A stretch of 64,000 nt of DNA from Candidatus Thorarchaeota archaeon. Its GTDB lineage: Archaea; Asgardarchaeota; Thorarchaeia; Thorarchaeales; Thorarchaeaceae. Made by a program: the position numbers and the translations under genes. The notes under the pieces are model-generated. The model ran no database searches, had not been told where the DNA came from, and saw nothing but the letters and a program-made list of their open reading frames with translations. Shown here one piece after another: positions 19,432-29,273 of this stretch (position 1 is its first letter; every line of letters begins with the position of its first letter). The DNA lies in NCBI GenBank assembly GCA_008080745.1, contig SHMX01000003.1:94971-158970 (forward strand). The letters run 5' to 3'.

Positions 19432-20640
19432 GTGACTGTTATGTATTTGAAAGTTACACGAGGAGACGGAAGACCCGTCGCAAAAAGAGAAGTCGAAATA
19501 GTAGAACGAAAAGGAAAGGGGCATCCAGACACATTATGTGACAAGGCTGCGGAAGAATTGTCAGTTCGTCTTAGTGAGTTTTACCTTGAAAAGTTTGGTA
19601 GAGTCATGCACCATAATGTAGACAAGGTACTACTAGTTGGTGGACAGTCTAATGCTCAATTTGGAGGTGGAGACGTCATTGAACCAATCTACCTACTGCT
19701 CAGTGGAAGAGCAGTTGATGTTGTCGACAGAGATTATGAAAGACAAGTTCCTGTAGGAAAGTTCGCTGTTGAGCATACAAGACAATGGTTGAGTGAAGAT
19801 TTACCCCATCTTGATGTTAATTCAGACCTAATTGTTGATTACAAGATACGCGCAGGAAGTACAGATCTTGTGGGTAACTTTGATCAGGACATTGAAATAC
19901 CCAAAGCAAACGATACTAGTTTTGGTGTCGCATATGGGCCCTACTCAGCAACTGAGAAAGTTGTTCTGGAATCAGAACTCTTGTTGAACTCAGATGCCAT
20001 GAAGAAGAAATATCCCCAGATTGGTGAAGACATCAAAGTCATGGGTACACGAGTCGGAAAGGATCTTCACATTCAGGTAGCAGCCGCTATCATTTCTACT
20101 GAAACAAAAGATGCTGATGAATATGCCAGTATCATGCAAGCTATTAATGATGAGGTTTCTGACCTTGCTGTCAAATTAACAGACTTGAACATTAATGTTG
20201 CTGTCAACACTGCAGATGTAGCTGCTGAAGGACTCTATTATCTCACTGTAACTGGAACATCTGCAGAACACGGAGATGACGGACAGGTTGGTAGAGGAAA
20301 TCGAGCTAATGGGCTAATCACACCCTATAGGCCAATGACTCTTGAGGCAGCAGCAGGCAAGAATCCTGTATCTCATGTTGGTAAGACCTACAATGTTGCA
20401 GCTAGAGAGATTGTTGAACGTGTTGTAAAAGAACATCCGGACATCCAACAAGTTTACTGCTATCTCGTTAGCCAAATTGGAGCTCCTATCACTGAACCAC
20501 AAGCAGTTAATGTCGAACTCTATGGTGAATGTGATATTGAAGAGATTAAGAAGTCAGTAGAGAGTATTTCAGAAGAAATTATTTCAAAGCTCCCCAAAGT
20601 TTGGGAGGGCTTCGTCAAGAGAGAATATCAGCTCTGGTAA
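19432..20640 (+). CDS. mat: S-adenosylmethionine synthetase, archaeal type
   Basis: KGKGHPDTLCDK motif and overall architecture of archaeal MAT (distinct from bacterial MetK); 402 aa. Confidence 0.9.
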   Translation: MTVMYLKVTRGDGRPVAKREVEIVERKGKGHPDTLCDKAAEELSVRLSEFYLEKFGRVMHHNVDKVLLVGGQSNAQFGGGDVIEPIYLLLSGRAVDVVDRDYERQVPVGKFAVEHTRQWLSEDLPHLDVNSDLIVDYKIRAGSTDLVGNFDQDIEIPKANDTSFGVAYGPYSATEKVVLESELLLNSDAMKKKYPQIGEDIKVMGTRVGKDLHIQVAAAIISTETKDADEYASIMQAINDEVSDLAVKLTDLNINVAVNTADVAAEGLYYLTVTGTSAEHGDDGQVGRGNRANGLITPYRPMTLEAAAGKNPVSHVGKTYNVAAREIVERVVKEHPDIQQVYCYLVSQIGAPITEPQAVNVELYGECDIEEIKKSVESISEEIISKLPKVWEGFVKREYQLW

Positions 20641-20649
20641 TACCTAGGC

Positions 20650-20683
20650 AAGGCACTTAGTGCCTTTGCTCTCTATTTTTATA
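20650..20683 (+). terminator. Hairpin (aaggcac-tta-gtgcctt) followed by T-rich tract downstream of mat
   Basis: 7-bp perfect stem and ctctatttttata tract immediately after the stop codon. Confidence 0.4.
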
Positions 20684-20765
20684 CCAGATTTTCAGTATAT
20701 CAGAGATTTTCAATCAGTAGGTACTACACCGATGAATAGCACCAATAATAGGAATCCGCAACTGT

Positions 20766-22382
20766 CTATTCTATCAAACGTTCAATAATGGATGTAAGCA
20801 GAGTCCTGAGTTCAGGTTTCAAATCTTTTCCATGACTAAGCTCTACAAGAGCAGTAGCACCATCCTTGTCCATTCTAAGAACTTCTATTGCATCTCCCAT
20901 TTCATCAACGTGTGCCTGAAACTTAGCTCCTCCAGTTGCCTCCGGAATGGCAATTATGCCCATTTGAGCGCCTCCAGCGTCAAGCTGATCCTTCACTCTT
21001 TTAGCTGAATAATAAGCTGCCACCCCACCACTGCGGTCCCAGTCTCGAACATTAGGTACATCAATACAGAGTTTGGTTTTGGAAGAGTCCTTAGTTACTT
21101 CGAGTACTGCCGATGAAGCACTGGAACTATCATCTGCCTCGACAACAAGTCTAACCTCTGCACCAATCTCACGAGAGGCTTCCTGCAATCCTGCCATTAT
21201 TGCTCCCAAGACAGTAGTTGAGGTAAGTTTAATGACATAATCTGGTTGTGGTTCTGGCTCAACAGGAGCTCTATCATATACAATCGAGTCGAGTTTTGGA
21301 ATCAGTCGTTTGATTGCCTCACGAGGAACCCCCTGTGATTCAACAAAAACCTCATCCAAATCATCTTCGGTGAAGGGGAAAATAGGATCAGGTGGTGCAA
21401 CTACGTTTTGTTGTTGCCAATAATCCTCCATTGTTTTCTTTACAAATTCAACAACATCTTCCTTTGTGAAAGGTCTAAGATTAGCCGGAACCTCCATTCT
21501 TGAACGCATGGGCGCATCTGCAATGTTGTAGATACGGTCCCAAATTTCAGTCAAACATGAAGCGACAATGACCATATTCTTGCATTCATTGTACAATCGT
21601 TTTATGACCTCTAAGAAATGGCGCTCTCCCTCTTCACCATGAGTGTTGTAGGGACCCTCCATCTCATCAACAAATAAGAGAATTGGCTTATTATATCCCT
21701 CAGCTAATAAGCGAAGTGTGGCTAGAGTGACGTCATCCTCTTCAAGAATGGTTCGCACCCCTAATTTTTCAATTTCTTCCTCACTCAATGAGTTACCAAA
21801 TAGCCAACGTCTGGCAAGATGTTTCAAATCAGGATCTAACCGATATCTCAAAAGAACAGTCACTACATCAGCGGATATGCCAGGATATTCTCCTAAAAGT
21901 CGATCCATAGCATAAGAGAAGTCCATTTGTTCGTGGGTGGACCCCTTAACTCCACCAAATCGCGTTATCAACATGTCTACTGCTTTCTCAAAGATGTCAT
22001 CACCAGCTTCATCCACAAGACAAGCATGGAAATGTAATGGAACTCTTACTGGTGCCGGTGGGGATGGAACATAAACTGCAAGATATCCTTGATGCCCAAC
22101 TTCATCTTCTTGGTCTTTGAGTACCCAGAATAAGTGAGTCTTTCCGAGACCTGCACTACCAAGAACTGGTTGAAATCGTGTGCGGTTATCTTTCAGTGTA
22201 AATCGAATAGCTCTCTCAATTGCTCTGTCAGCATTCTGATGCGGACCTACAATATCAATCTCATCACGAGTATCACCTCGTGAAACATAGCTCTTCATTG
22301 GTAATTCTTCTTTGAGTATATCAAAGTAGATTCCTTTCTCAAAATCATCCGAATGGTCGGCGCGTTCCTCCATCTCTCTCAT
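20766..22382 (-). CDS. P-loop NTPase (AAA/STAND-like ATPase) with acidic C-terminal domain
   Basis: Walker A GSAGLGKTHLFWVL, Walker B KPILLFVDEMEGP; about 75 aa N-terminal leader and about 180 aa C-terminal domain of unknown function. Confidence 0.6.
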   Translation of the reverse strand: MREMEERADHSDDFEKGIYFDILKEELPMKSYVSRGDTRDEIDIVGPHQNADRAIERAIRFTLKDNRTRFQPVLGSAGLGKTHLFWVLKDQEDEVGHQGYLAVYVPSPPAPVRVPLHFHACLVDEAGDDIFEKAVDMLITRFGGVKGSTHEQMDFSYAMDRLLGEYPGISADVVTVLLRYRLDPDLKHLARRWLFGNSLSEEEIEKLGVRTILEEDDVTLATLRLLAEGYNKPILLFVDEMEGPYNTHGEEGERHFLEVIKRLYNECKNMVIVASCLTEIWDRIYNIADAPMRSRMEVPANLRPFTKEDVVEFVKKTMEDYWQQQNVVAPPDPIFPFTEDDLDEVFVESQGVPREAIKRLIPKLDSIVYDRAPVEPEPQPDYVIKLTSTTVLGAIMAGLQEASREIGAEVRLVVEADDSSSASSAVLEVTKDSSKTKLCIDVPNVRDWDRSGGVAAYYSAKRVKDQLDAGGAQMGIIAIPEATGGAKFQAHVDEMGDAIEVLRMDKDGATALVELSHGKDLKPELRTLLTSIIERLIE

Positions 22383-22487
22383 CTCCAGAAACGTAGCTTT
22401 TGGTATACATGGAAGAATAAGAATCTTTCAGAAAAAGAATAGTGTCGATATCAGAATCATACCGACACAAAGTAAAGTTTTGAGAGT

Positions 22488-23384
22488 TCAAGATTTTAGT
22501 TCAACCTCATTCTCTTCAAGTTGCTTAAGAGCAGGTTTATTCTTACGTAACCAATTGGAACCAATAGCAGAGAACAACACGTAAGCGGGTATCACCACAA
22601 GCATTGCATGAAAGGGAATAAGAAAGACACTGATAGCATCAAAATCGAGTCCAACACTCATGAAATAATCATACATCACAAACAGCGACAGAATTGTAGA
22701 AAATCCAGCAAATCCTTTCAGATAACTAGAATATGATCTATATACGGGTTCGATTTCATACAGCTGTCCAGACTCTTTGGGAGGTAATTTATAATGTATA
22801 AGACCCGCATCTTCTAGAGCCCACCCAACAGACCATAGAGCAACAGTAATCGGTGTAGCAATCCCAGCTATACAGAAAATGTACGATATATTATAGAGGG
22901 GATTTATCCCACTAGTAAAGACATCATTGGTAAGAAACAATTGAGGGTCAAATAGATTGAGTAGAGTAGTAAGTAGACCTACCACTAACAAATAGACATA
23001 GACCAAACGCATAATCATTCTAGTTGTACTGAAACCGGAGATATTCATAGGTACGTAACCATCATTATACCCGCGTCTGAGTACTTTTTTAATTATCATA
23101 AACAATGGCGTCAATATCCGGGGGAAAATAAGAACCGCGAGAATACTTCCGCCTAAAGGAATGGCAATCCAAAAAATCAGATAGGTAATGGATGAATCCA
23201 GATTGAAGATAGGAACTATTCCAGCCGGGGCAAGACTACCGCTAGATAGTCCCACAGTCACTAGGGAAAGTTCCGCAATTGCAATGAACAGTAGAATGAT
23301 TGCAGGGATATTCTTTGTCAAATAATTAAAACCTCCAAGTCGCGACATCATAGAAGATGCACGATATAAAAAAATGGGATACAA
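22488..23384 (-). CDS. Polytopic membrane protein (298 aa, about 8 TM)
   Basis: Hydrophobicity pattern only. Confidence 0.5.
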   Translation of the reverse strand: MYPIFLYRASSMMSRLGGFNYLTKNIPAIILLFIAIAELSLVTVGLSSGSLAPAGIVPIFNLDSSITYLIFWIAIPLGGSILAVLIFPRILTPLFMIIKKVLRRGYNDGYVPMNISGFSTTRMIMRLVYVYLLVVGLLTTLLNLFDPQLFLTNDVFTSGINPLYNISYIFCIAGIATPITVALWSVGWALEDAGLIHYKLPPKESGQLYEIEPVYRSYSSYLKGFAGFSTILSLFVMYDYFMSVGLDFDAISVFLIPFHAMLVVIPAYVLFSAIGSNWLRKNKPALKQLEENEVELKS

Positions 23385-23495
23385 TGCACAATAAATCTCT
23401 TGTTTATATCTACTTTCTTCAGGAAAAGAAACAGTTAGAGGTCAACGACAAATAACTTTTTACTGATTCACGACAATAATGGCTAGGTGTAGAAA

Positions 23496-24209
23496 TTGGC
23501 ACGTAGACCAACATTTCTAACAGTTTCATATTCTGGTTCAGGCCTAGATACTATGGACCATGAAAAGCGTATGGTACACGAGAAAGATGTCAAATTCGAT
23601 AACGAAGATGGCTCAATGGAAGTTACCGATGTACGTCTTGTATGGTTCAAAAAACCATCGAGATGGGGTGGTGCAAAGAAATTTGGAGCACTCGCTGGTG
23701 CTATTGCTGGAGCTGCTATTCTTGAGGGGGTTGGAAGAGAAGTGGGAGGAATTGGCGGTAGAGCAATCCGTGGTGTCGGACGTGGGATTGGATATGCAGC
23801 TGTAGGTACAGCTATCTCTTCGTGGACTCGGGATTCATTTTACAACAAGGATTCAAATGGTAATACAGAAAGTATTGCAATCCCATTGATGGCAATTGCT
23901 ACTGCGGAACAGAGTGGGAATAAACTTGTTGTAGATCTTAAAGCGGGTGGAAATATGATCTTTGAGTTTAAACAGAAGAAGGTCATTCCAAGTTTTAAGG
24001 CAAATATCACCCAAGCAATGCAAGTGGGTAAATGTCCTTATTGTGGCGCAAAAGCAGGAAATGCAGCTAGTTGTCCTCAATGCGGAGCTCCTATCGAAGG
24101 AGGCGGTGTGGGTGGAGAATCCGGCGGTGGCGGAGGTTTCTGTACCAACTGCGGTCAATCAATTCCAGCTGGTGCAAAATTCTGTGGTGGCTGCGGACAA
24201 AAAGCATAA
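23496..24209 (+). CDS. Protein with PH-like N-domain, Gly-rich linker and C-terminal double zinc ribbon
   Basis: C-terminus CPYCGAKAGNAASCPQCGAP and CTNCGQSIPAGAKFCGGCGQK are two CxxC-x(n)-CxxC ribbons; Gly-rich low-complexity middle; N-terminal beta-rich region (EVTDVRLVWFKKPSRWGG). Confidence 0.5.
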   Translation: MARRPTFLTVSYSGSGLDTMDHEKRMVHEKDVKFDNEDGSMEVTDVRLVWFKKPSRWGGAKKFGALAGAIAGAAILEGVGREVGGIGGRAIRGVGRGIGYAAVGTAISSWTRDSFYNKDSNGNTESIAIPLMAIATAEQSGNKLVVDLKAGGNMIFEFKQKKVIPSFKANITQAMQVGKCPYCGAKAGNAASCPQCGAPIEGGGVGGESGGGGGFCTNCGQSIPAGAKFCGGCGQKA

Positions 24210-24210
24210 G

Positions 24211-24254
24211 ATAAGTTATGGGGTTCCGACCCCATCTTATTCTCTTTTTTTTTT
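24211..24254 (+). terminator. Hairpin (atggggt-tccg-accccat, extended by ataag/cttat) + T10 tract
   Basis: Perfect 7-bp GC-rich stem followed by tctctttttttttt directly after the CDS stop. Confidence 0.55.
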
Positions 24255-24280
24255 AATCTAATTCATAAATAGAGAGCGGA

Positions 24281-24305
24281 GAATGGTTCTATAAAAGAAC
24301 CATTT
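24281..24305 (-). terminator. Hairpin (gaatggttct-ataaa-agaaccatt) just downstream of the minus-strand gene ending at 24312
   Basis: 9-10 bp inverted repeat; shares an intergenic spacer with the opposing terminator (bidirectional terminator region). Confidence 0.35.
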
Positions 24306-24311
24306 CCTGTA

Positions 24312-25169
24312 CTAAAAACTTCGTGCTACCCTTCCAAGACCATTATAATCAACTGGACTGGTATCAAAGCCCTGTAGCTCTGCTAATGTTAGTAGATATG
24401 GAATCTGGTCTACCTCAATCATTATCCTTCTGGATAACTCAGTATCAAGAATTGATTCATCAATCTCAGAAAGAATCTCTTTCAGTTTCTTATAGGAGTA
24501 GAGTATCTTACTAACCTGATATGTAAACCGGAAATATGAACTATCCTCCTTCAGACTATCTTTTATCATGTCCTCAACCACCTTGGTCTTGCAATCCACA
24601 CACTTGTTCATGATTTTCTTCATTTGGAGGGAGAAGACTAATGAATCAGATGGCATATTAGCGATTTCATTATGAGAAATCACATCAATTAGATTCATCT
24701 GATCAGAGAAAAGTTTCTCTATTCTTCCTTGCACAGCTTTACCAATTGAGAAGTCGTCATGTACTAAATAGATAGGCTTGCTGAGAAGTACATGCGTAAT
24801 TAAGATGCTGAAATTTCGTATCGCATTTTTCCGTTTATCTCCAAAGGTATCAATCAGAGTACCAAAACTGATATCGGATTCCTCAAATGAGGTTGCAACA
24901 GTAGATTCGATTATAGTGGTTCTCTTCCGTTCCACTCGTAATTGTGAGGGATACTCGATACCCCTAACACGATATTCTTTGTCAATATACACAACGATTC
25001 CATGTTCCGGTTCTCCATGGATAGAGAGCACCGTGGCTAGTCCTGAGGATTGAGATTGAACCTCACCTTCATTAACATCAATTCCAATGTTCTCTTGGCA
25101 CTTTTTACAGTAAGCAAATACAGTTCTTTTTTCTGTCACTAATACCACCTCATTCACGAAGAATACCAT
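24312..25169 (-). CDS. Hypothetical protein (285 aa)
   Basis: ORF overlapping by 20 nt the upstream membrane-protein gene (operon); CxxC pairs (CKKCQ, CVDCK) may bind metal. Confidence 0.45.
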   Translation of the reverse strand: MVFFVNEVVLVTEKRTVFAYCKKCQENIGIDVNEGEVQSQSSGLATVLSIHGEPEHGIVVYIDKEYRVRGIEYPSQLRVERKRTTIIESTVATSFEESDISFGTLIDTFGDKRKNAIRNFSILITHVLLSKPIYLVHDDFSIGKAVQGRIEKLFSDQMNLIDVISHNEIANMPSDSLVFSLQMKKIMNKCVDCKTKVVEDMIKDSLKEDSSYFRFTYQVSKILYSYKKLKEILSEIDESILDTELSRRIMIEVDQIPYLLTLAELQGFDTSPVDYNGLGRVARSF

Positions 25170-25815
25170 ATGTCATAGTCAAAAGTCCAACCATGCTGAC
25201 AAGTGGTACAATAACAGCCAAGTGCGCAATTGAATCAATCATCTCAGCAGTAATGAAAATAGTATATCCCACAAGAAGTATCAGAGTTCGGGTTCGGAAG
25301 GTAGGATCCTTTTCACGAAGGACTACAAGTAAAAGAATGCCGATATTAACAAACGACTCAAATATAATTACACCAAGTATTGCCATTGGCATTCTAAAAT
25401 TCGAAGCACCATCAACGACACCTGTGAATTCGATTTCCAATGTCCCCAAAATAAATGCAGCATAGCCAGCCAAGAGCCACATTGCCGCCATAACCACCAG
25501 AATAATTTTCTGCTTAGTGGTTTCTCGGTATTGAACACTCAGAGGATAGAGTAAGAAGCTACTGAAGAGCGCTGTAACTATCAAACCTAGACTCAGTCCA
25601 GCCTTCGATAGCAAAGCATCTTCGATACCTGCAGGTTCAAAAAAGCCTTTTGAGAAGTTTAGTAGCATGGAAACTGCAAATAGAAGAATAAAAATAACAA
25701 AGACTAGAGTTAAGGGATTTCTATTGGAAGCATATTTTTTTCCCACTGCAGCAGTGGCTATGAAAAGAGCTACAGCAGAAATGAGAGATATATAATGTAT
25801 AAGTGCAAATGCCAT
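25150..25815 (-). CDS. Membrane protein (221 aa, about 6 TM)
   Basis: Hydrophobicity; first gene of a two-gene minus-strand operon. Confidence 0.5.
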   Translation of the reverse strand: MAFALIHYISLISAVALFIATAAVGKKYASNRNPLTLVFVIFILLFAVSMLLNFSKGFFEPAGIEDALLSKAGLSLGLIVTALFSSFLLYPLSVQYRETTKQKIILVVMAAMWLLAGYAAFILGTLEIEFTGVVDGASNFRMPMAILGVIIFESFVNIGILLLVVLREKDPTFRTRTLILLVGYTIFITAEMIDSIAHLAVIVPLVSMVGLLTMTYGILRE

Positions 25816-25990
25816 ATTTATGACCCAACATAAATATCATTCAACCAAACTATTAACCATTATGTGTCTGTTCTCCTTTTGATACCTTGAAGTCCTTCGT
25901 GAGATATTTTAAAAGTACTCGCGACACAGAAAACGTAGGTTGACCCTAGTATTCAACAGGGTCGTTGAACCAAGTCAGGAGACATAACAG

Positions 25991-26551
25991 ATGGGCAAAG
26001 TCAAAGACCCAATCGCTAAGCGCATTCGGAAGAAAGCTGCTAAAGATATCAAAGGTGGCTTCTTTGGGAAGATTACACACTATATCCCCGGATGGCACGG
26101 ATATCAAGAGAAAGAAGAACGCCGAGCCGCTGATAAAGTACTTCGAGAGTTTATTGCAGATCAGCTTAGACTGGTCAAGCAGGATCTTGAGAAGCTTCAG
26201 ATGATGGCTGTGGATTATGACCTAAGCAAGACTTGGGAAACGTTCGATAGGATGCTAAATCTGTGCGATAAGATGGAATCATCAATTAGATATGCAGATT
26301 ACGGCTATGCCGCTTGGGGAAGCAAAGAGAAAGTCAATGAAGGCGAGCTTGACAATATGTACGAGTTCGATGCTACACTGATTGAGGACATCGGTGCAAT
26401 CAATGATGTTGCAGAAGAGTTCCTGGATCAGATGAACCAAGGGCAGTTCGACCAAGCTTGGAACTACACCTACCGAATGTGGCAGATCATGCAGCGTCTC
26501 GAAGAGAAATGGAATCAGAGAGAAGGCTACATGAAAGGTTATCAGGATTAA
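25991..26551 (+). CDS. Hypothetical protein (186 aa), basic N-terminus and W/Y-rich C-terminus
   Basis: Clean ORF; purine-rich caggag 7 nt upstream; followed by a strong terminator hairpin. Confidence 0.45.
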   Translation: MGKVKDPIAKRIRKKAAKDIKGGFFGKITHYIPGWHGYQEKEERRAADKVLREFIADQLRLVKQDLEKLQMMAVDYDLSKTWETFDRMLNLCDKMESSIRYADYGYAAWGSKEKVNEGELDNMYEFDATLIEDIGAINDVAEEFLDQMNQGQFDQAWNYTYRMWQIMQRLEEKWNQREGYMKGYQD

Positions 26552-26555
26552 AGCT

Positions 26556-26600
26556 CTGGGGGTTTTCCCCCAGTTCTTTATCTTATTTTTATTTTCTAAT
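26556..26600 (+). terminator. Hairpin (ctggggg-tttt-cccccag) + T-rich tract
   Basis: Perfect 7-bp GC stem, 4-nt loop, then ttctttatcttatttttattttc. Confidence 0.55.
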
Positions 26601-26704
26601 AACTAAACTATTCATACTAAATGGATATTGAAATCAAATCAACACAGCGTATCGATTTATTGTCACAAATAAATTCTTAATTTGAATTCCAAATTCGTTA
26701 TCAC

Positions 26705-27016
26705 ATGAGCAATCCCATTGATGCCATCAAAACCACATGCATTGAGCTAATAGAAGCTCTAGAACAAGACTCCTGTCCGGATTTGAATAAATTCGCAATA
26801 TCATTCTCAAAAGCTGTTGATCGAGCAATGGAGGCGTATAATGCAGGACAAATCTCGGTGGATATGTCAACTCTTCCAAGAGTTATGCATCAGTTTGCTA
26901 CAGAGGAATTACCGAAGCTCTGTGCTGGAAATTCAGATGATAGGAGAATAGCTAGAAAGCAATGTAAATTATTTCTAGTCACTATGGAAGAGTTAGTTCA
27001 GCCTGAAACAAAGTGA
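26705..27016 (+). CDS. Hypothetical protein (103 aa)
   Basis: ORF only; 3' end overlaps the convergent surface-protein gene. Confidence 0.3.
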   Translation: MSNPIDAIKTTCIELIEALEQDSCPDLNKFAISFSKAVDRAMEAYNAGQISVDMSTLPRVMHQFATEELPKLCAGNSDDRRIARKQCKLFLVTMEELVQPETK

Positions 27017-27818
27017 ATTAACTTCTTTTACACAGATAGCACCAAGTCCCATCACAATAACAACAATAGCACCAATTGTAATCATCAATGAGATGGGAGG
27101 AATTGGGTTTGTGGTATTTTTAGAAGTTGTTGTGGTTGTTTCTGTAGAAGTATAGGATGGCGATTGCTGTACACCCCTATCTCTAGTTTGTTGCGCCAAT
27201 AAATCGCCCTCCAATGCAACTCCGTTGTATTCTGAATAGTGCATTGGTACATAGTCACTATAGGGAGATGCTCCTGATACCACAATGACATTACTATTTG
27301 TAGATCCAGCAGACAACTCTATGGTCATAGCAACAAAATCACCAGTACTTTCATCATCATGCGCTATAGGAGGAACCGTATCCCGGTCATTGATTGTTGC
27401 GTAAGCACTATACTGAACAATGGGGAATACATTAGAGACATTGGTTGTTCGTATATCAACAACGCCCGACTCAGGTGAACCTTCGCCAGATCCATAGAGA
27501 CATGTTGGTACGTGGAAAATTGTAGCGGTTACCTCAAAAACCAATGATGCCAATGTCGGATTAGTTGTGTAGTTGTTAGCTACGACCCCATAACCCCCCC
27601 GGCAATTTAACTCGAAATCGTTTATTGATGTTGGTTCAGGTTACATGAAACCCAATAGATTCGAGAATTTTGGTCATATCGAAAACAATAGTTCCCTCGG
27701 AAACAGCTTGAACATGAACAGGCATAGAAAAAGGAAGGACAATGGGTTGCGAACGTAGAAGCAACATGATAGATAAAATTGCAACGAGAAATTTTTTTGG
27801 AATCAACCTAACTCCCAT
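26993..27818 (-). pseudogene. Frameshifted (or mis-sequenced) gene for a secreted, Thr-rich, C-terminally membrane-anchored surface protein
   Basis: Signal-peptide ORF 27818..27636 (MGVRLIPKKFLVAILSIMLLLRSQ...) ends at a TGA. The next frame is open from 27640 down to 26993 (PEPTSINDFELNCRGGYGVV...TTTTSKNTTNPIPPISLMITIGAIVVIVMGLGAI) with no ATG near its 5' end. A 1-nt shift near 27636-27643 fuses them into signal peptide + ectodomain + Thr stalk + TM anchor. Confidence 0.45.
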
Positions 27819-27999
27819 CTTTATAATCCCCCTAATGATGTATTGTTTAAACTATTATATATAATAACTTAATAATCTATCAAATTTGTTAAATCGAAAG
27901 TTTATAATATTAATACTCGAAAATTTCCTTCTTAGAATATTGAACACAATATAACCAATTTCAGTAACTTTATCCAATACAAATTCCTATTCATATCGC

Positions 28000-28788
28000 A
28001 TGAACGACGTGTTGATAGTTCCAACAGAGTTTGAATCCGAGGGAGAGATGATACGAGGGAACTTTGTCGTGCCTTCAAAGGGTTGTATTAGTAAAGGAAT
28101 CTGTAAATTTCATGGACTACCAGGAAGCCCTGATCAAGTTAGAGGAATAGCCTCAGATTTGGCAAGACTTGGCTTTACTGTCCTTACTTTCGATTTTAGG
28201 GGGTTTAGAAAAAGTGAGGGTATATTCAGTCTACGAGGAGAAATTGAGGATGCGCGAAATGCAATAACACACCTTTTAGATTCCAAGTACACCACAGAGT
28301 CAAGAGTTCTAGTATATGGTGCTAGTTTTGGAGGAGCTATTGCAGTTTGTTCAGCAGCAAGAGATGAACGCATATTTGGAGTCTGTTTGAGAGCGCCTCT
28401 TTTTGATATGGAACAGTATATCCAAAATCCAGACCTTATCCCTGCAATATTCAGATATATGGAACATGAAGAGTATGGTGTCATACATGGAATTCATGAT
28501 GAAAGAATTCGTGATAAAATGATTCAAGAATTGATGTCAGATGCGCCAAAATTCAATCCGATGAAAGACATAAAGCGAATAGCTCCACGTCCACTTCTCA
28601 TTACGACGGGGACAGACGATCAACTCATCGACATTGAAGGAGTCAGAAATTTGTATAGGAATGCGGGAGAACCAAAAGAATTGAGAATTATAGAGGGTGG
28701 TGACCACGTACTCTCAACTCAAAAAGCAAAAAACGAGACTCGTGACATCGTGACAAAGTGGTTTTCGCAGTTTAGATTAATGGAATAG
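28000..28788 (+). CDS. Alpha/beta-hydrolase (dienelactone hydrolase / S9-like serine hydrolase)
   Basis: Nucleophile elbow GASFGG (GxSxG); later TGTDDQLID (Asp) and GGDHVL (His) complete the triad. Confidence 0.7.
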   Translation: MNDVLIVPTEFESEGEMIRGNFVVPSKGCISKGICKFHGLPGSPDQVRGIASDLARLGFTVLTFDFRGFRKSEGIFSLRGEIEDARNAITHLLDSKYTTESRVLVYGASFGGAIAVCSAARDERIFGVCLRAPLFDMEQYIQNPDLIPAIFRYMEHEEYGVIHGIHDERIRDKMIQELMSDAPKFNPMKDIKRIAPRPLLITTGTDDQLIDIEGVRNLYRNAGEPKELRIIEGGDHVLSTQKAKNETRDIVTKWFSQFRLME

Positions 28789-28806
28789 CCAAATGCCAAG
28801 AAAACG

Positions 28807-29226
28807 TTGGGAATATATAGTGGTTTGGAAAACTATAGAATGGTGGATTGTGTGATTCTTGGCTCTCCATATGAAGATGATAAAAAGATTCTAGCTGATG
28901 AAGACTATTTTTCACAGCTAATGAGTCAACTCTCGGAGATGTCAAGCATTCTTTCCGAGTGCGAATGTAGGGACTCGATAAGAAGTAGTTTACTGGAAAA
29001 ACAGAAGGATTTGAAATCCACCTTGGATAATATCTGGACCAATGTTGAGAGTGGGACGTACAAAGTAGATTCTGTTGCAATGTTGCGTACTATATGTACA
29101 ATCACATGCAAAGAATTGGAAAAGAAAATTGAAGATGACACAGTCCCAACATCAAGAGTAGCTCGCGAGGTTAACTTGATGGCTAATACAATGAAGTTTG
29201 TAGTAAAACCCAGGCCATCCGAATAA
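28807..29226 (+). CDS. Hypothetical protein (139 aa)
   Basis: ORF between the hydrolase and MBL genes on the same strand. Confidence 0.35.
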   Translation: MGIYSGLENYRMVDCVILGSPYEDDKKILADEDYFSQLMSQLSEMSSILSECECRDSIRSSLLEKQKDLKSTLDNIWTNVESGTYKVDSVAMLRTICTITCKELEKKIEDDTVPTSRVAREVNLMANTMKFVVKPRPSE

Positions 29227-29273
29227 TTCATTTTCAGTCGTAATACTGATTAGAGAGTTCTTTTCATCAATGT

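Noticed and set aside
23560-24261. ORFs 23560-23805, 23853-24158 and 23962-24261
   Set aside because: Alternative frames across the Gly-rich zinc-ribbon gene; the repetitive Gly codons keep other frames open by chance.
27594-27600. C7/G7 homopolymer as the frameshift site of the surface-protein pseudogene
   Set aside because: Frame bookkeeping shows the two reading frames must join near 27636-27643, upstream of the homopolymer; the homopolymer encodes Gly-Gly-Arg inside the second frame.
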